In this document: positions 42,346 to 54,630 of the stretch, piece by piece
Layout of the letters: each line of letters starts with the position of its first letter
How positions within the stretch are numbered: position 1 is the first letter of the stretch
DNA from: the human T2T-CHM13v2.0 reference genome, Homo sapiens
NCBI RefSeq assembly: GCF_009914755.1
Contig: NC_060925.1
Length of the DNA stretch: 64,000 bases
Direction: 5' to 3' (one strand)
Position numbers and translations under genes: made by a program
Notes under the pieces: model-generated
The model's database searches: none
Told to the model about the DNA's origin: nothing
Seen by the model: only the letters and a program-made list of their open reading frames with translations

Positions 42346-43164
42346 TAAGTCAGTTGGCTTTCTTGCTTTCTTTAGGAATGTCTTGCAGGCGCCAAAGTTT
42401 TTCAAAAGGATTCTTTTCCTCCTTATTGATGTTCATCTTAGAATCTAAAATGCAAAGGATTCTATAATAGTGATATGCCTTTATTGTTAAGCAATGTCAT
42501 TGTCTGAGAAACAGGTAGTGTTTTACAAATGGAATACAACGGCAAGTTTTTATCCTTTTGCAATGGAAACATATAAGTACCTTGGTAGTAGAGCTAGGAA
42601 TTGAATTTAAAATCCCAGTGCCCAATCATTTTCACTAACGACTTCATTCCTAAAGCTTCATCCATTTTTCTCTGTCACTCTTTATATCACAAATAATTCA
42701 CACTACCTACCAGCAAGATCCTTTTAGATTCTCTTACATCTTTCAAACCCTCCTTAATGTGAACTTCTTTCAGCACTGAGCCTGAATGTCTTCCCGAGCC
42801 TTATTGATCTAAGTACATCAACCTGTTGTTTGTGCTGCCTGTCTGTCTTTTGCAGTTAGTCTAATAAGTCTGTTGGGCTATTCAATTCTGTGTTTGGTAG
42901 AGTGCTTATGTTTTGTACTCAGTACACCAGAGGTGTGGAAACAAAGCAGTAATCTGAGAACCAATTCAGTGGGAGCAAGTCCTGGAGAACCTTTACCTCT
43001 GCAAAGAATATTTTTCCAAAAATAAGAATATCTGGGAAGTAGAAATGGCTGTGGAGCTGTCTAGGAGTCCTATGGATACATGAGAGCCAGACCAGTTCTG
43101 TGAACATTGAAGTGAAGGAATGAGAAAAAAGGGTTGGTTCTGCATCACGTAAAAATTGTTAATT

Positions 43165-43552
43165 GTTAGGAACTTGTGTCTGCTGGGAAACAAACACTGA
43201 GAGGGAACAGGGATGTAAGAGTCTTAAGAGTTTGATCAGGGACCCAAACCTCTGAAAATCAAAAGAGGAAAAAGTCGGGGTTGAGCAGGTAAGCCTCAGA
43301 CCACAGTGAAAATCTGACAGTCTTGACCAACCCAAAGGGAACTAGGAATAAAAGCTGCCCATGAGAGGAATCCTGCACTGGGCGGAAAGAGACAGGCCTA
43401 AAGAAACCCACTAAGCTTGGTCATTCTCTAAGAACTACCTGATAAGGTGAATTCTGAAGGTGGAGTCTGTTAGCTAACTTCATTCCTTGCCGCAGAACCA
43501 CAAGGTTTTTATTGAAGGGAAACTCAAATAGCATACCTCCCTGGCTACTATG
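43165..43552 (-). mobile_element. ERVL solo LTR (LTR16 family)
   Basis: 'ctgggaaacaaacactgaga...agcctcagaccacagtg...gaggaatcctgcactgggcggaaa'. Confidence 0.6.
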
Positions 43553-44519
43553 GAACATTAAATAGTTTTTAAATCTTTGGGAAAAGAGTGGAATGTTGAA
43601 TGAAACCACTCTTTCAACCTCCATTGTAGCCAGTGGGGGTGAGGAGGGAGGGCTACAATCGAAAGATAATTTAAAATAATCCTAATATAGTCAGTCATTC
43701 TGTTAATCAGCATAATTTTTTAATCATTTGTGGTTTAGGTGCCCTTTCTGGAGGTTTTACTTGTCATTGTGTTTATGGGAAATTGACAGTTATTAATTGT
43801 TTTTAAGCTTGAACCAGTCCTTATTAGAATTCAAATGTATTTCCCACTACTGGGTCCAATATCTATGTAATCATTTATCTTATAGTGAATTTTACTGTAA
43901 GCGTAATATTTACAAGAAGCAATTTGTCATTCCTGGGTTAAGTATAGAAACTTCAATATTTTCTGGATAAATATGTCAAAAAAACTAAAATTCAAGCAAT
44001 AGAAGAGAATGGGAAGCTTATAGTGTCTTATATTAGACTTGGGAGGTTTGCTATTTGGTTTGACTCGATTATCATTATTGTTTTATAAATATAATTTTCT
44101 AATTATTACCCATCATTAACATTAATGGCATTAATGCTGGTAATCCATCTCCCTAAGGATTTCAAAGTGCGATATTTTTTCTAAGCTAAATGATTTCCAG
44201 GACTCCAGCAGCAATTCCCACCTTGATTTGCTGCACCCGAAGTCTCCAAATACAATTAATTTTAATTCATATAAGAATATACCCATTTTGGGTTAGGAAA
44301 TGGGGTGGCAGATACTCACAAACAATTTTGGAACATTTCCACTCCCTAAATATTTAGATCTCTAATCTAATTGGCACTATATCCCCCTTTTTGTCACGGT
44401 AGACAGCACTCCTTGTCATTTAAACTTTTCTCTATGTGTGTGTTCCCAGGTCTGGGGAGCCTGGAAGAACGCATGTGCAAGCAGAAGGCTGAGGCCCAGG
44501 AGGTACAAATGACCCATCA

Positions 44520-45010
44520 TGCTTATGCCCAGTGTTTCTCCTTTCTGTGACCTGCTCCCCAGTCGTGCCCTAACATTCCAGTTGGTCTGTCTCCAGTTCC
44601 CACTGATCCTCTACTCTATGCTCTGAGCATATGCCACTGATTGCCCCGGCTCGTGGCGCTCTCTCCTGCTGTCCTGCCCTCCGTCCTCGTGTTCATTCAC
44701 CCCGGCCTTCTCCTCCTGCATCCCTTACTTGCCCAAACAGCTCCTACTCTGTCGTCAAGAGTCACATGAAGCATCATCTAGTCTACAGAGAACTCCTTAA
44801 TTACCCCCAACTGTGTTTTGCCTTCTTTACCTTCTTTCCTCTGAATGTTTTTTCTTTGTACAGTTGTCCAATATTAGTATCAATCTGTTTACCTACCTGT
44901 TTCCATCACTTCCGCTAAAAACTGAAGGCAAGGACGATACATTTTCATATATATACCCTAGGTTCTTGTGACAAAACACTGCGTTTTTATTGAATAAATG
45001 AATGAATGAA
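44520..45010 (+). mobile_element. L2 3' end
   Basis: 'cagctcctactctgtcgtcaagagtcac' and terminal 'ttgaataaatgaatgaatgaat'. Confidence 0.65.
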
Positions 45011-45729
45011 TCCCTCCTCATCATTCTGGTGAACCAGGAGGCCAGCACCTCCACAGTCACTCTCTGAGTTGCTGCTGCAAGGTCCCTCCCACACTAGCAG
45101 CACAGGTAGGGCGCCATCCTCATTACCCCCACACAGCGCCACATACGCCAAAGGAGCTTTCTCTCTACCTTAACTGAAATCTGACCTTTCCTTGGCATGC
45201 TTATCTTCAACCAGTTACTAGAAAAAAGTATCTCTGATACAATAATTAAAACTACTGTGAATTCATGTGTCACTCTAAGTGTAAATTGTTCACGTGTTAA
45301 TTTTGCCAGTAGTGAGTGAATTGAAAAAGAGACTGGGAAGCCAGTAAAACATAGAAATGAACCCCTAATGGTGGCATTTCAGGAAATAGGAGAAGACAGA
45401 TGGGAAGATATTTCTGGACCAGAGTGCTTCTGGGTGCCCTTCACATTGTACCACACAAGCCATTTCCATTCCTGTACAGAAGGTTGGATCTGCTGCTACA
45501 ACACTCTCTGGCTCTCCTGAGAACAGTATTTCTATTTTTGTCTTTTATAAAAAGGTAAAAGCACCCTTCTTTCTGGTTGTCAGGGAACAGGAAGGAGCCC
45601 CCTCTCATACAATGACCAGAAAAAGCCAATAACAAACTCATCTTTTTTCTACATTCAGTAGACACCATAGTAACACTTCCCAGTTTACAGATAGGCAATG
45701 AAGTTCAATGGAAACAGATTTTTAATAAT

Positions 45730-45930
45730 TATAATTATACCTTACACTGATTAAGTGTTTACCCAGGTGCTATGCTAAGCCTTTTCCTTTATTTCTTGCA
45801 CCAACCATATAAGTAAGGTTATTTTATTATCCATATTTTATAAGAAAGTTAGCTAACTTGCCCATGGTCAGACAGATAAATGTCTGAGTCACAAAACTGG
45901 TGTCCAGAAAGTTATGACTCAGACCCCTAA
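45730..45930 (-). mobile_element. MIR SINE
   Basis: 'ccaggtgctatgctaagc...taacttgcccatggtcagacag'. Confidence 0.7.
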
Positions 45931-48900
45931 ATATGCCATCTGGAAGGCATCCCTGGTTTCAATAAGGGGCACCTAATTGTGGTTACATGTCAATATACAA
46001 TCTAGCACTATTGGTACTATTATCACTCTTCTTTATATGACAAGACATTTATATTTACCTTTCCTTTTCTATTCATGAGAGTACAGAATACATCATAATT
46101 TCTGCATCCAATTTTTATATTAAATGACTGGTAAAGGAAATATAAACACTTTGCTGTGATTTTCAATATTTTTTCTGCAAAAATTTATGAAACATCTACA
46201 ATATGTAAAAGACATTTTCAAAATATTTGGGGAGATATTTTAGAGGAAATCGTATGGTCCCTGATTCAAAAGAGTTTACAACCTGAAAAGTAATATTAAC
46301 ACCTCAGTAACATTACAAGTCCAACCTGTGTACAAGCTGTGTCCAAATAGAAAAAAACCTGAGAAGTCACCCAACCACTTAGAGAGCAATCAGACTATTG
46401 GATGTCAGAGACATAAAATAACTATTGTCTTCACCCTTTTACTTTCAGGCAATTGTCTCCTAAACACTGTTATAGTCACTAAGTCTGCATACTTTAGAAA
46501 CTCCAGATCGTCACTAAATCTCATGGAAATGTGTATTGGCATTTTCCTTGAGATTTCTTTTAAAGTATCACTTCTGTCCATCAAGTCAGAGTCCTTATAA
46601 GTGTAGTGTGTTTAAATTCTTTATCTTTCCTGACAGTCTATAGAGTCCCAATAGCAGCAAAAATCTAACTGAACTCCCTACTACTCTCTGCAAATATGCT
46701 CATATGTTTATGTTGAGAGTTTTAATGCCATTTGTTGAAATATATTTAACCTATATCACTTGGTTCACACCAAGTTAATGCTAGCTCCTACAAGGCTATG
46801 ATCAATTCAGTCAACTAGTTGGTTTGACTGATTTTTCCTTTGAATTCACCTAATTGCTGGGCTGTTTAAGTATCTGCAGATACCTTTACACAAAAGAAGG
46901 CAGGCTTCACATTAGCTTGCTAAAAGAGGGTTATTATTTTCTTCTGAGATCTGCTATGGACTTATTGAGTGGCTGTTGGCAAGAGTAATGATCATATTTG
47001 CCCTCTCCTCTTTCTCATTTTTAAAACAAGAATATGAATATAAAACAACCCAGAAAAACTCCAAAGATGCTAAATGAATAAGTTAATAATCATTGTTTAT
47101 TTAAAGATACAACTGTATTGTACAAAGAGAGGGATTTCTTTTACCCTGAAATGCCAATAAGAAGCCATATGAAAAACAAAAATAACAATTTAAAGAGATT
47201 TTTAAAAAGCTCCCATTCAGTAGTACAATTGGGTTCTTTTCAGATAATTAATCATTAAGAAATATTTAAGTACTATTTTCTATTTACATTGCAGTATATA
47301 TCACTGGCTCTTTGAAAGTTAACAGGGATTAATTTTCTTTCAAAATAAATATTCCACTTAACTAATTGTCTGTGTTCTTTCACTGCTGTCTACGCCATTC
47401 AAGCCAAAACACCGATCTCATTCAAAACTCAGAATTTCATCCAAATTTGTGTACCTGGCCACTAATAAAAGATTTTTGGTATGCTGTCTAAAATCCTAAT
47501 GACAAAATAGGGAGAATCATAAAATGTTCATAAAAATCGGATGGGATCAAACATCAGCTAATCTGAGTATATTTTTCTCTATGATTAACCAGTTCTTAAT
47601 GACAACATTTCTTATCTTACAACTGTGACATGAAGAGGGAGCTGTAGCTCTTCTGAGACACAGTTCTGCAAGAACCAGCTTATCCACGCTCTCCGATCTC
47701 GTGTCTGTTTCTCTTTCTCTCTCCCTCTCTTGCGCTGTCCCTCATTCATGCACTCTTCCATCTTTTTGCCATTGTGCCAGCTCAATTTAAATGTATCTGC
47801 TCTGTATCTGTTCAAGTGGAGATAATCCATGCAAATCAGGAGCCGTGGCTCTCAATGCCTGGTTCACAGAGAGGACTCAGCTTGAGGAGGTCACTCGTTC
47901 ACAGCCGCTCCTCCCATTATATTTTTCCCCTTATTGCAGAACTGCTGTATGTATACAGTGACTGAAAGGACTCAATTTACTGCAACTGCTGCCTGGCTTT
48001 ACTTACAACTTTTTTTTTTTTATAAAGGAACTTACCTCCATCTGTCTTTTCAAGGTAGGAAGTCTGATTCTTCTAAAGACGTGTGTAATGCCTCCACTGT
48101 CTGCTCATTATCAAATGTCACTTGAATGCTTTATATTGTTGCTGGCATTAGGTACAAATACTGTGATTCCAGGTGCCTCACGCTTTTGTTACTTAACCAT
48201 ATAGGTACAATTGTTTAAGTGCTGGGTATTATAATGTTTATTTTCCCTGCAGCAAGCTTCAGTTTTACAATGCCAGAAAGATTAGAGTATCCACTCTCTA
48301 ATGTAGAAATATAATCCTCTATCAAGTTTTCCCTCTTAGAAAAACATTAATTTCTCAGTATGTTTTAACTTATTATGTATGCTGGCCAATAATAGCCAAG
48401 TGTAAAATTCAACCGTAACAAATTTTTTTTTTTAACCTGGAGCCCTCCTGCAGCATTTTCTGTGAAAAATAACTAACTGTTGAAATGTTTTTAACAACAG
48501 CAACAAAATAATAGATTTTACTTTATTTTGCTGCAAAGCAAAAAGCTGAAGGCCTTATTGCTAACAGGCCTGTCAGATAGATTTATTCTTCACCATTTTA
48601 AAATTGTTACTAGGCTATGCAGAAGTATTACAAATAGTTAGGATTCAGTTACTGTCATTATCCATGTGATTATTTATTGTTTTGAGATTGAAATTGTATT
48701 ACAGAAAAGTTTAATGTAGCAAGGCTTTAAAAAACCTGAATGTTTGTATAACACTGTTTGAGATCAATTTTTGAGAATGATTTCAATAGCCAAATGATTA
48801 GGTTTGGATTAAAAATGCATGTAAGAGTCTAGCAGATTTGACAATACACATGGTGATTTATGTAAGCAATTCCTGGGCTTACGTTACTTCATATGTGTCT

Positions 48901-50874
48901 CCTTGAAGTTACTTATAATATTTTAATCACTCCTTAGTCATATCAATTTTAAAACATACTGAAATGTCATAACATTATAGACTTTAAAATCTCTTTTTGA
49001 CTAGTACAAATATAATTAGAACATTCCAGTTACAATTTAGATTTCAATAAATGCAATATGTCTTTGAAAGTACTCCTTATTAATATAATTTTGCATTTAT
49101 TACCTTATTTTTCTAAGAAGGATTTGACATGTGGCTATGACAAGGCTAGTTAATCTCTTATATAAGATAGAATTGAACATAAGCAGTAAACAAAGTTGAC
49201 AGTCCTGAAAAGAAGAAAAAATTATCCTCTGGTATACTGAATAGTTCTGATGACATAAATCTTACATTTCATCTTCTAGGTAGATACTTGTAGTTAGTGA
49301 AGTTCGAAGGAAAAAAAATTTATTATCCACATAAAATATCTCAATGCCAAAAATGTGCAGTTCTTTTTCTTTTTGATACAGAGTCTTCTATTGAAAAAAA
49401 AAATGCACCTTGATTTTTGAGTACAGTACAAGGCATGAAGCCCTGTCATTGTTAGCATAAAGAAGACATCTACACAAGTATTACTGTGCAGAGGGCAATC
49501 TTTCTGTCTCTGGCATTTGTTAGGTTACTGCACGTAGAATTTAACAGATAAATATGTTCTGCTTCGTGGCATTTTAGTGATCCTACTGGTATGCAAGCTA
49601 CTCGGCTAGGATAGCAACCGAAAAAAAAAAGGTATATGTTTTATAGCAGTGGGTAATAAAAGACCTTCACAGTGAGAGAAGAGGAATTTGACTTATTTAT
49701 TACACAGTAATTAGAATTTCTTTAAAATTCTTTGAAATGCCGAGTTGTAAAGTAAACTGAGGCTTTCCAGGAAGGGCTAATTGAATTTATCTATTTGAGC
49801 CATGTAGTTGTCCGTGAATATCTTCTTCACAGACACTGTCGCTGGAGAATTCCATTCACACCTTCAGCATTACAGGGAAAGAAAAGGATTTGTCACTAAC
49901 AGTAAAGGATGACAATTTCATATTTAAAACGAGTTTGAGAACAGCACCCTACACAGGAAAACCTTAACAGATGGAAAGGTGCGTGGGATTGCCTGATTAT
50001 GTGAACTTGAGACTAGTGTGAAACTAAAGGATGCCCTTTCAGAACAAAGGAACGCCATGTAATACTCTGTCAGCAGTCAAGCTGAGGATAGATATAAAAA
50101 GTGGCCAAGGAGATCTTTTGGGGACAGAGAAAATGCAAACAATGAGACATTCTCTTTTCAACCAAATTACCAGGGTTTGACAGGTATAAAGGCACTCCCC
50201 ATGGAATGTCACACCATCATTTCACAGAGACTTATTTCAAAAGCACATATTTTATAGACTTTCGCATTTGTTTGCAAACCTCTGAGAAAACTCTCCAAAG
50301 ACCTAACTTGTATGCCTTAAGTTAGGTTTTACAACTATGCATCCAAAATAAAATGGTCACAGCCTTCAACTCCCTTGGGTTTCTTTTGCCTCATCTGTAA
50401 ACTTGCCATTCCTCTAGTAACTCATTCAAGCAACTGTTCAAGACAAGTTACATTTTACTCCATTTTAGTGTGCCTTGCAGCAGAATCTATAGAACTGGTA
50501 AACTTTATGGCTATATATAATACCATGTTGTTATTCCCACCTGGCTCTTTGCTGCTGCTTTTACTGAGTACAGTTAAAAAGATAAATTATCATCTTAAAA
50601 GGATGCTATGGAAGGTGTTAATAAGTTTTATCTAACTTCAGGAGTGTTCACTGGGGCTGTAGAAACTTGCGACCCTGCTTAAGGGGAAATGATGTGCGTC
50701 ATCAGCAGACATTCACTGCCTATATCTTCTGTAAATATTTCAAATTTCAAGAAGGATTCTGTAATACCGTATATATTTCCTAAATCATGGAAGTTATTGC
50801 TGCATATGGATTGATTATGATATTGAGTGAAAACCCAATGGATTTTGCTTTATAGGTAATAACTTAAATTTGTA

Positions 50875-51030
50875 CACCACCACTATGGGGTCAGTGAAAC
50901 CATCATCCCCATTTCAAAGATAAAGAGAGGTACAGAGAGGTTTAAGTAACTTAGCCAAGGCCACACAGTTGGGACAGAACTGGGATGTGAACCCATTTAT
51001 TCTGTTCCTGGCTTTGAAAACTCACACAAT
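50875..51030 (-). mobile_element. MIR SINE
   Basis: 'atccccatttcaaagataaag...cagagaggtttaagtaacttagccaaggccacacag'. Confidence 0.85.
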
Positions 51031-54000
51031 AATGCCTTCCTAATTATCTCTGATGACTAGTAGTAGGGACATTCCACCCCCCACAAATAGCAAAAGTGCT
51101 CCGATTTACCCATTTGTCATCTGGATTCAAATATCTGATTCTGATTTTCCAACTCTTTTCAAAGTTCTTCATCTCAATCTGTATTATCATTATCACACAG
51201 GTTTTAGAAGTTGTTTCATTTAACGTATGTCAGGAATGGTTACTCTTACAGAACATTTGTCTTTTACCTCAAGGAGTTAAGAACTAAATCAGATCTGTAA
51301 TTGACTGACTTGTCTACTGACAGCCTTTGAAGAGCCACCACTCCCCACCTTGTTTTTCTGTCTAAAGAGCAAGATTGACATCTCTTTATATGTTTAAAAT
51401 TTGTCAGTGGTGTAAAGTGCTCAGTAATGATGGAAATTAACCTGAGGCTTTATCTAACTACCTTTCCTAGCAACTCCATTGAAGTTCTGATAACAATTAA
51501 AATTTTGATGCAAACAACTGTTCACATCAGAAAAAATACTTTTTTCTGTCTTGTCATACCTTTCTTCAAAATATTCTGGGTAGTAGTGGCTCTTTTCCTT
51601 ACCTTTCACTGCACTGGATGCATCTGAATGAAAATTTCCCCAGCCAAAATACACCAGCACATTAGAAAAGCAGATAAAGAAAAGAAATGAAGTAGCAATG
51701 CATGTTTAAACGGTCTGACGGTGAAACATTGAATATAATTATCTGTTCTTGTGTCAGTAATTGTTATCTCCTTAAGGAGAACTGAGTAAGAACAGGTCTA
51801 TACAGGGCAGCATTTGTGGCCTTATTTCTGTCTATTTGGGATAGCCTTTGAATTGTCTCCCACTTTCTTTCCTCCCAATGTGAAAAGATGAACTATTACG
51901 CATGTAACTCATAGGTATCTGATTCAAAGACTGTGTTTATTTGACCTGTGGATATCAGATATCTAATATAAACAAAAACCCAAACATCATCAACACATAA
52001 TCAAGTGGCAGAAGTTTGCAGAACATGGGTCAGTAGCAATTGAGCAAGCTACACATTTCTCAAGTAACAAATGAAAAACAATTTTGATTGTATTCTGTGA
52101 TACCAGCATTCTTTTTAGATCTTTGAAGTATCAGGCAGATGGACTGCCCTGTATATCCACAACCTCTATCTGCTGGCAGGCAGAAAGCCCAAGAACCTAT
52201 CTTTAAAGTTATTTTAATATATCAGTTTTGCCCAGATTAGCCAAGTTAGATGTCGACCATTGGTATGGGAAAGGTTGGGAATTAATTTAAATTTGAGCTA
52301 ACCCTGCCATCATCTCTTGCTGAGTGAGTCCCTTAGCCTGTGAGACATTCTTTTCAGATTTGATTTCTCTGTTACTTGGTTGTTCTCTCCTTGAAAGAAA
52401 AAAAAAAAAAAAGGGAGGAGTGGTGAGAAGAGAACAGAGGATGGTGATTTTGAGTCTGTGTTGATAGAAACATTCAATGGAGTTAAAACTGACCTACAAC
52501 CATTTGAAGAACGTGTCCCTCATTACTAAATTCTTTGGCTGTAATACTGAGCTCCCTATCTAAAAAGATGTCAATTTCCTGAAATTAAATATAAAACCAA
52601 GGGATTTTTCTCACTGAGGAAGGTGTGCAAAAATATTTAAACAACTTAACTCTGAAATGTATTAGCAATCAGTTTAGACTGGACAGTTAACATATACAAG
52701 CTCAAAACTAAAACTTCATTAGATAAGACGTACATTTTGGTAAGCAAAACTTCATTAGATAAGATGTACCAGGATTAGAAAGTCTGTTTGTTACTGTTGT
52801 TGTTGTTTTATGATTGTTGTTATACATAGTTCCTTCTATCTTCTCCCGGAAAAATTAATCAAGTGCCCTTTCTGTAATTGAGACCTCTTTTCTGTCTATT
52901 CTCAATGCCTGCAGTTTATATCACACAAGTCAGCCTCTAATTACGTTCTTTTTTCATATTTCCCAGGTTGTTTCATGGGTCATATTCTTGTATTCCCAGT
53001 AGTTTGTAAACTACTTGAGGGTGAAAATCATATTTAATCTGTGTCCTTCACAGTCCTAGCCTCAGCACTAAGACTAAAGCCTACTCTTGATTAATATTTG
53101 AATGGTTGATTGAATTTTGTAAAAATCGAGTTAGCTTATGTTATATATTTTTTAAAATTTGTTTCAGGAGGAAACAAATTTGAGAGGAACATCTATCCAT
53201 CCAACACATTTCTTAAGACTTAGCTATATTCCAAATACTGAGCCTACGCTCTCTGACAGCATATTAAAATTTACACATGCTTAATTTTAAAAATTGCAAC
53301 AAGAAAGGAAATTATTCCAATGGATAAAAAATATATACTATGATTTCTCTTTTTGGAAGTTAAAAGGAGAGGCAACTGGTAAAAGAACCAAGGTGAAAAG
53401 TTAAGAAAAGAAGGAGACTGAAAGACAAAGAGTAAAATACAGAAATATAGAAGACAGTGGGGGAATGGGGAAGAGATGAGGAGAGGAGGGTTTAGGAGAT
53501 TTTAAACAATTCAGACTTTGGCATTTTTTAGTAACTTCAGTTTTCAGCTTTTAAACCTCTGTCACTAAATCTTCAGACACTATAAATGAAATGGAAATAA
53601 TAATTAATCTTAAAGGAAATTATTCTTTGTCCTGAAACTTTGGCTCTCCAGGAATGAATACGTTAAGAGGAGTTAGGGTCCTAAGCAACGATGGAAGCAA
53701 AGAGAATGTAAGGTGGCTTTTAAGGCAAACTATGGAATAGTCAATCCAATAAGAAATCTACAGAAAGAGTTTACAACCATAAATCAGGTTCTAAAAGGAA
53801 TTTTGCAAATCCAGTTTTACCCGGGCGGACGCCATCACCCAACCAATGTGGAGGTAGAGCCTGTCAGAGAAGTGGGTTTCAGGGCAGCTTCCAAGTTACA
53901 ATGATCGCCAGCCAGCATGCTCCTGGAACAATGAGACGTGGACCTCAGGAGGCAGTGCTGGCAGGAGCAAAACAGAAAAAGGAGTTTGGGGTTCACAAAC

Positions 54001-54449
54001 GTGGATAGAAAGCAGAACTTTCTTTCCCCTTCTGGGTGCCAGGGCCCAGGGGAAAGGTCCCAGTTCCTCCAAATATTCGGGGTAGGTAAAGGAACTAAAC
54101 ATATGGATTTTCTACCCATTGAGGTACTCTAACCACATGCTAGAGGCATTTTGTTTCTCAGCTCTTAGTCATTTCATTTTTTCAGCCTTTAGCCATTGAG
54201 ATGTTAAGAGTATTTGTGAAATCCTTTTGATTAGCAAGTGAAAAGCCATTGTATACTGGCTTCTGGGGTGTTATCGGATTCAGAGAGGGATGGAGCAGTT
54301 TACAGGTGACTGTGGATATGTATTTCTAATTGATGAGAGGGATGTAGGACCTTGGTTTAAAGTTCTGCATTCTTCACTGGAAAACAAAAACCAAAGACAT
54401 TTAAAAATCATGTAAACTGAATTTACAGAGAAAACATAATGAAACAGAA

Positions 54450-54630
54450 AGAGTACTAGTTTCAGACAGACAGACCTAAGTTGGAATACAATATACGGAG
54501 AGTATTATTGAATATCTCTGAGCTTCAGCTTCCTTAAATGGAAAAAATACCCATTTCTCAGCTTTATAGTAAAGAAATAAAATAATGTCTGCTACATGCC
54601 CAAAACAATACTAAGTTCACTGAAGACATT
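54450..54630 (+). mobile_element. MIR SINE, diverged
   Basis: 'cagacagacctaagttggaatac...atctctgagcttcagcttcctt'. Confidence 0.6.

Noticed and set aside
45090-45145. CTCF/REST-like GC-rich motifs
   Set aside because: Multiple mismatches at core positions; not supportable without ChIP data.
46448-46564. Possible plus-strand exon after a strong acceptor (ttttactttcag)
   Set aside because: No good donor follows and the translation is unrecognisable; such acceptors are common by chance.
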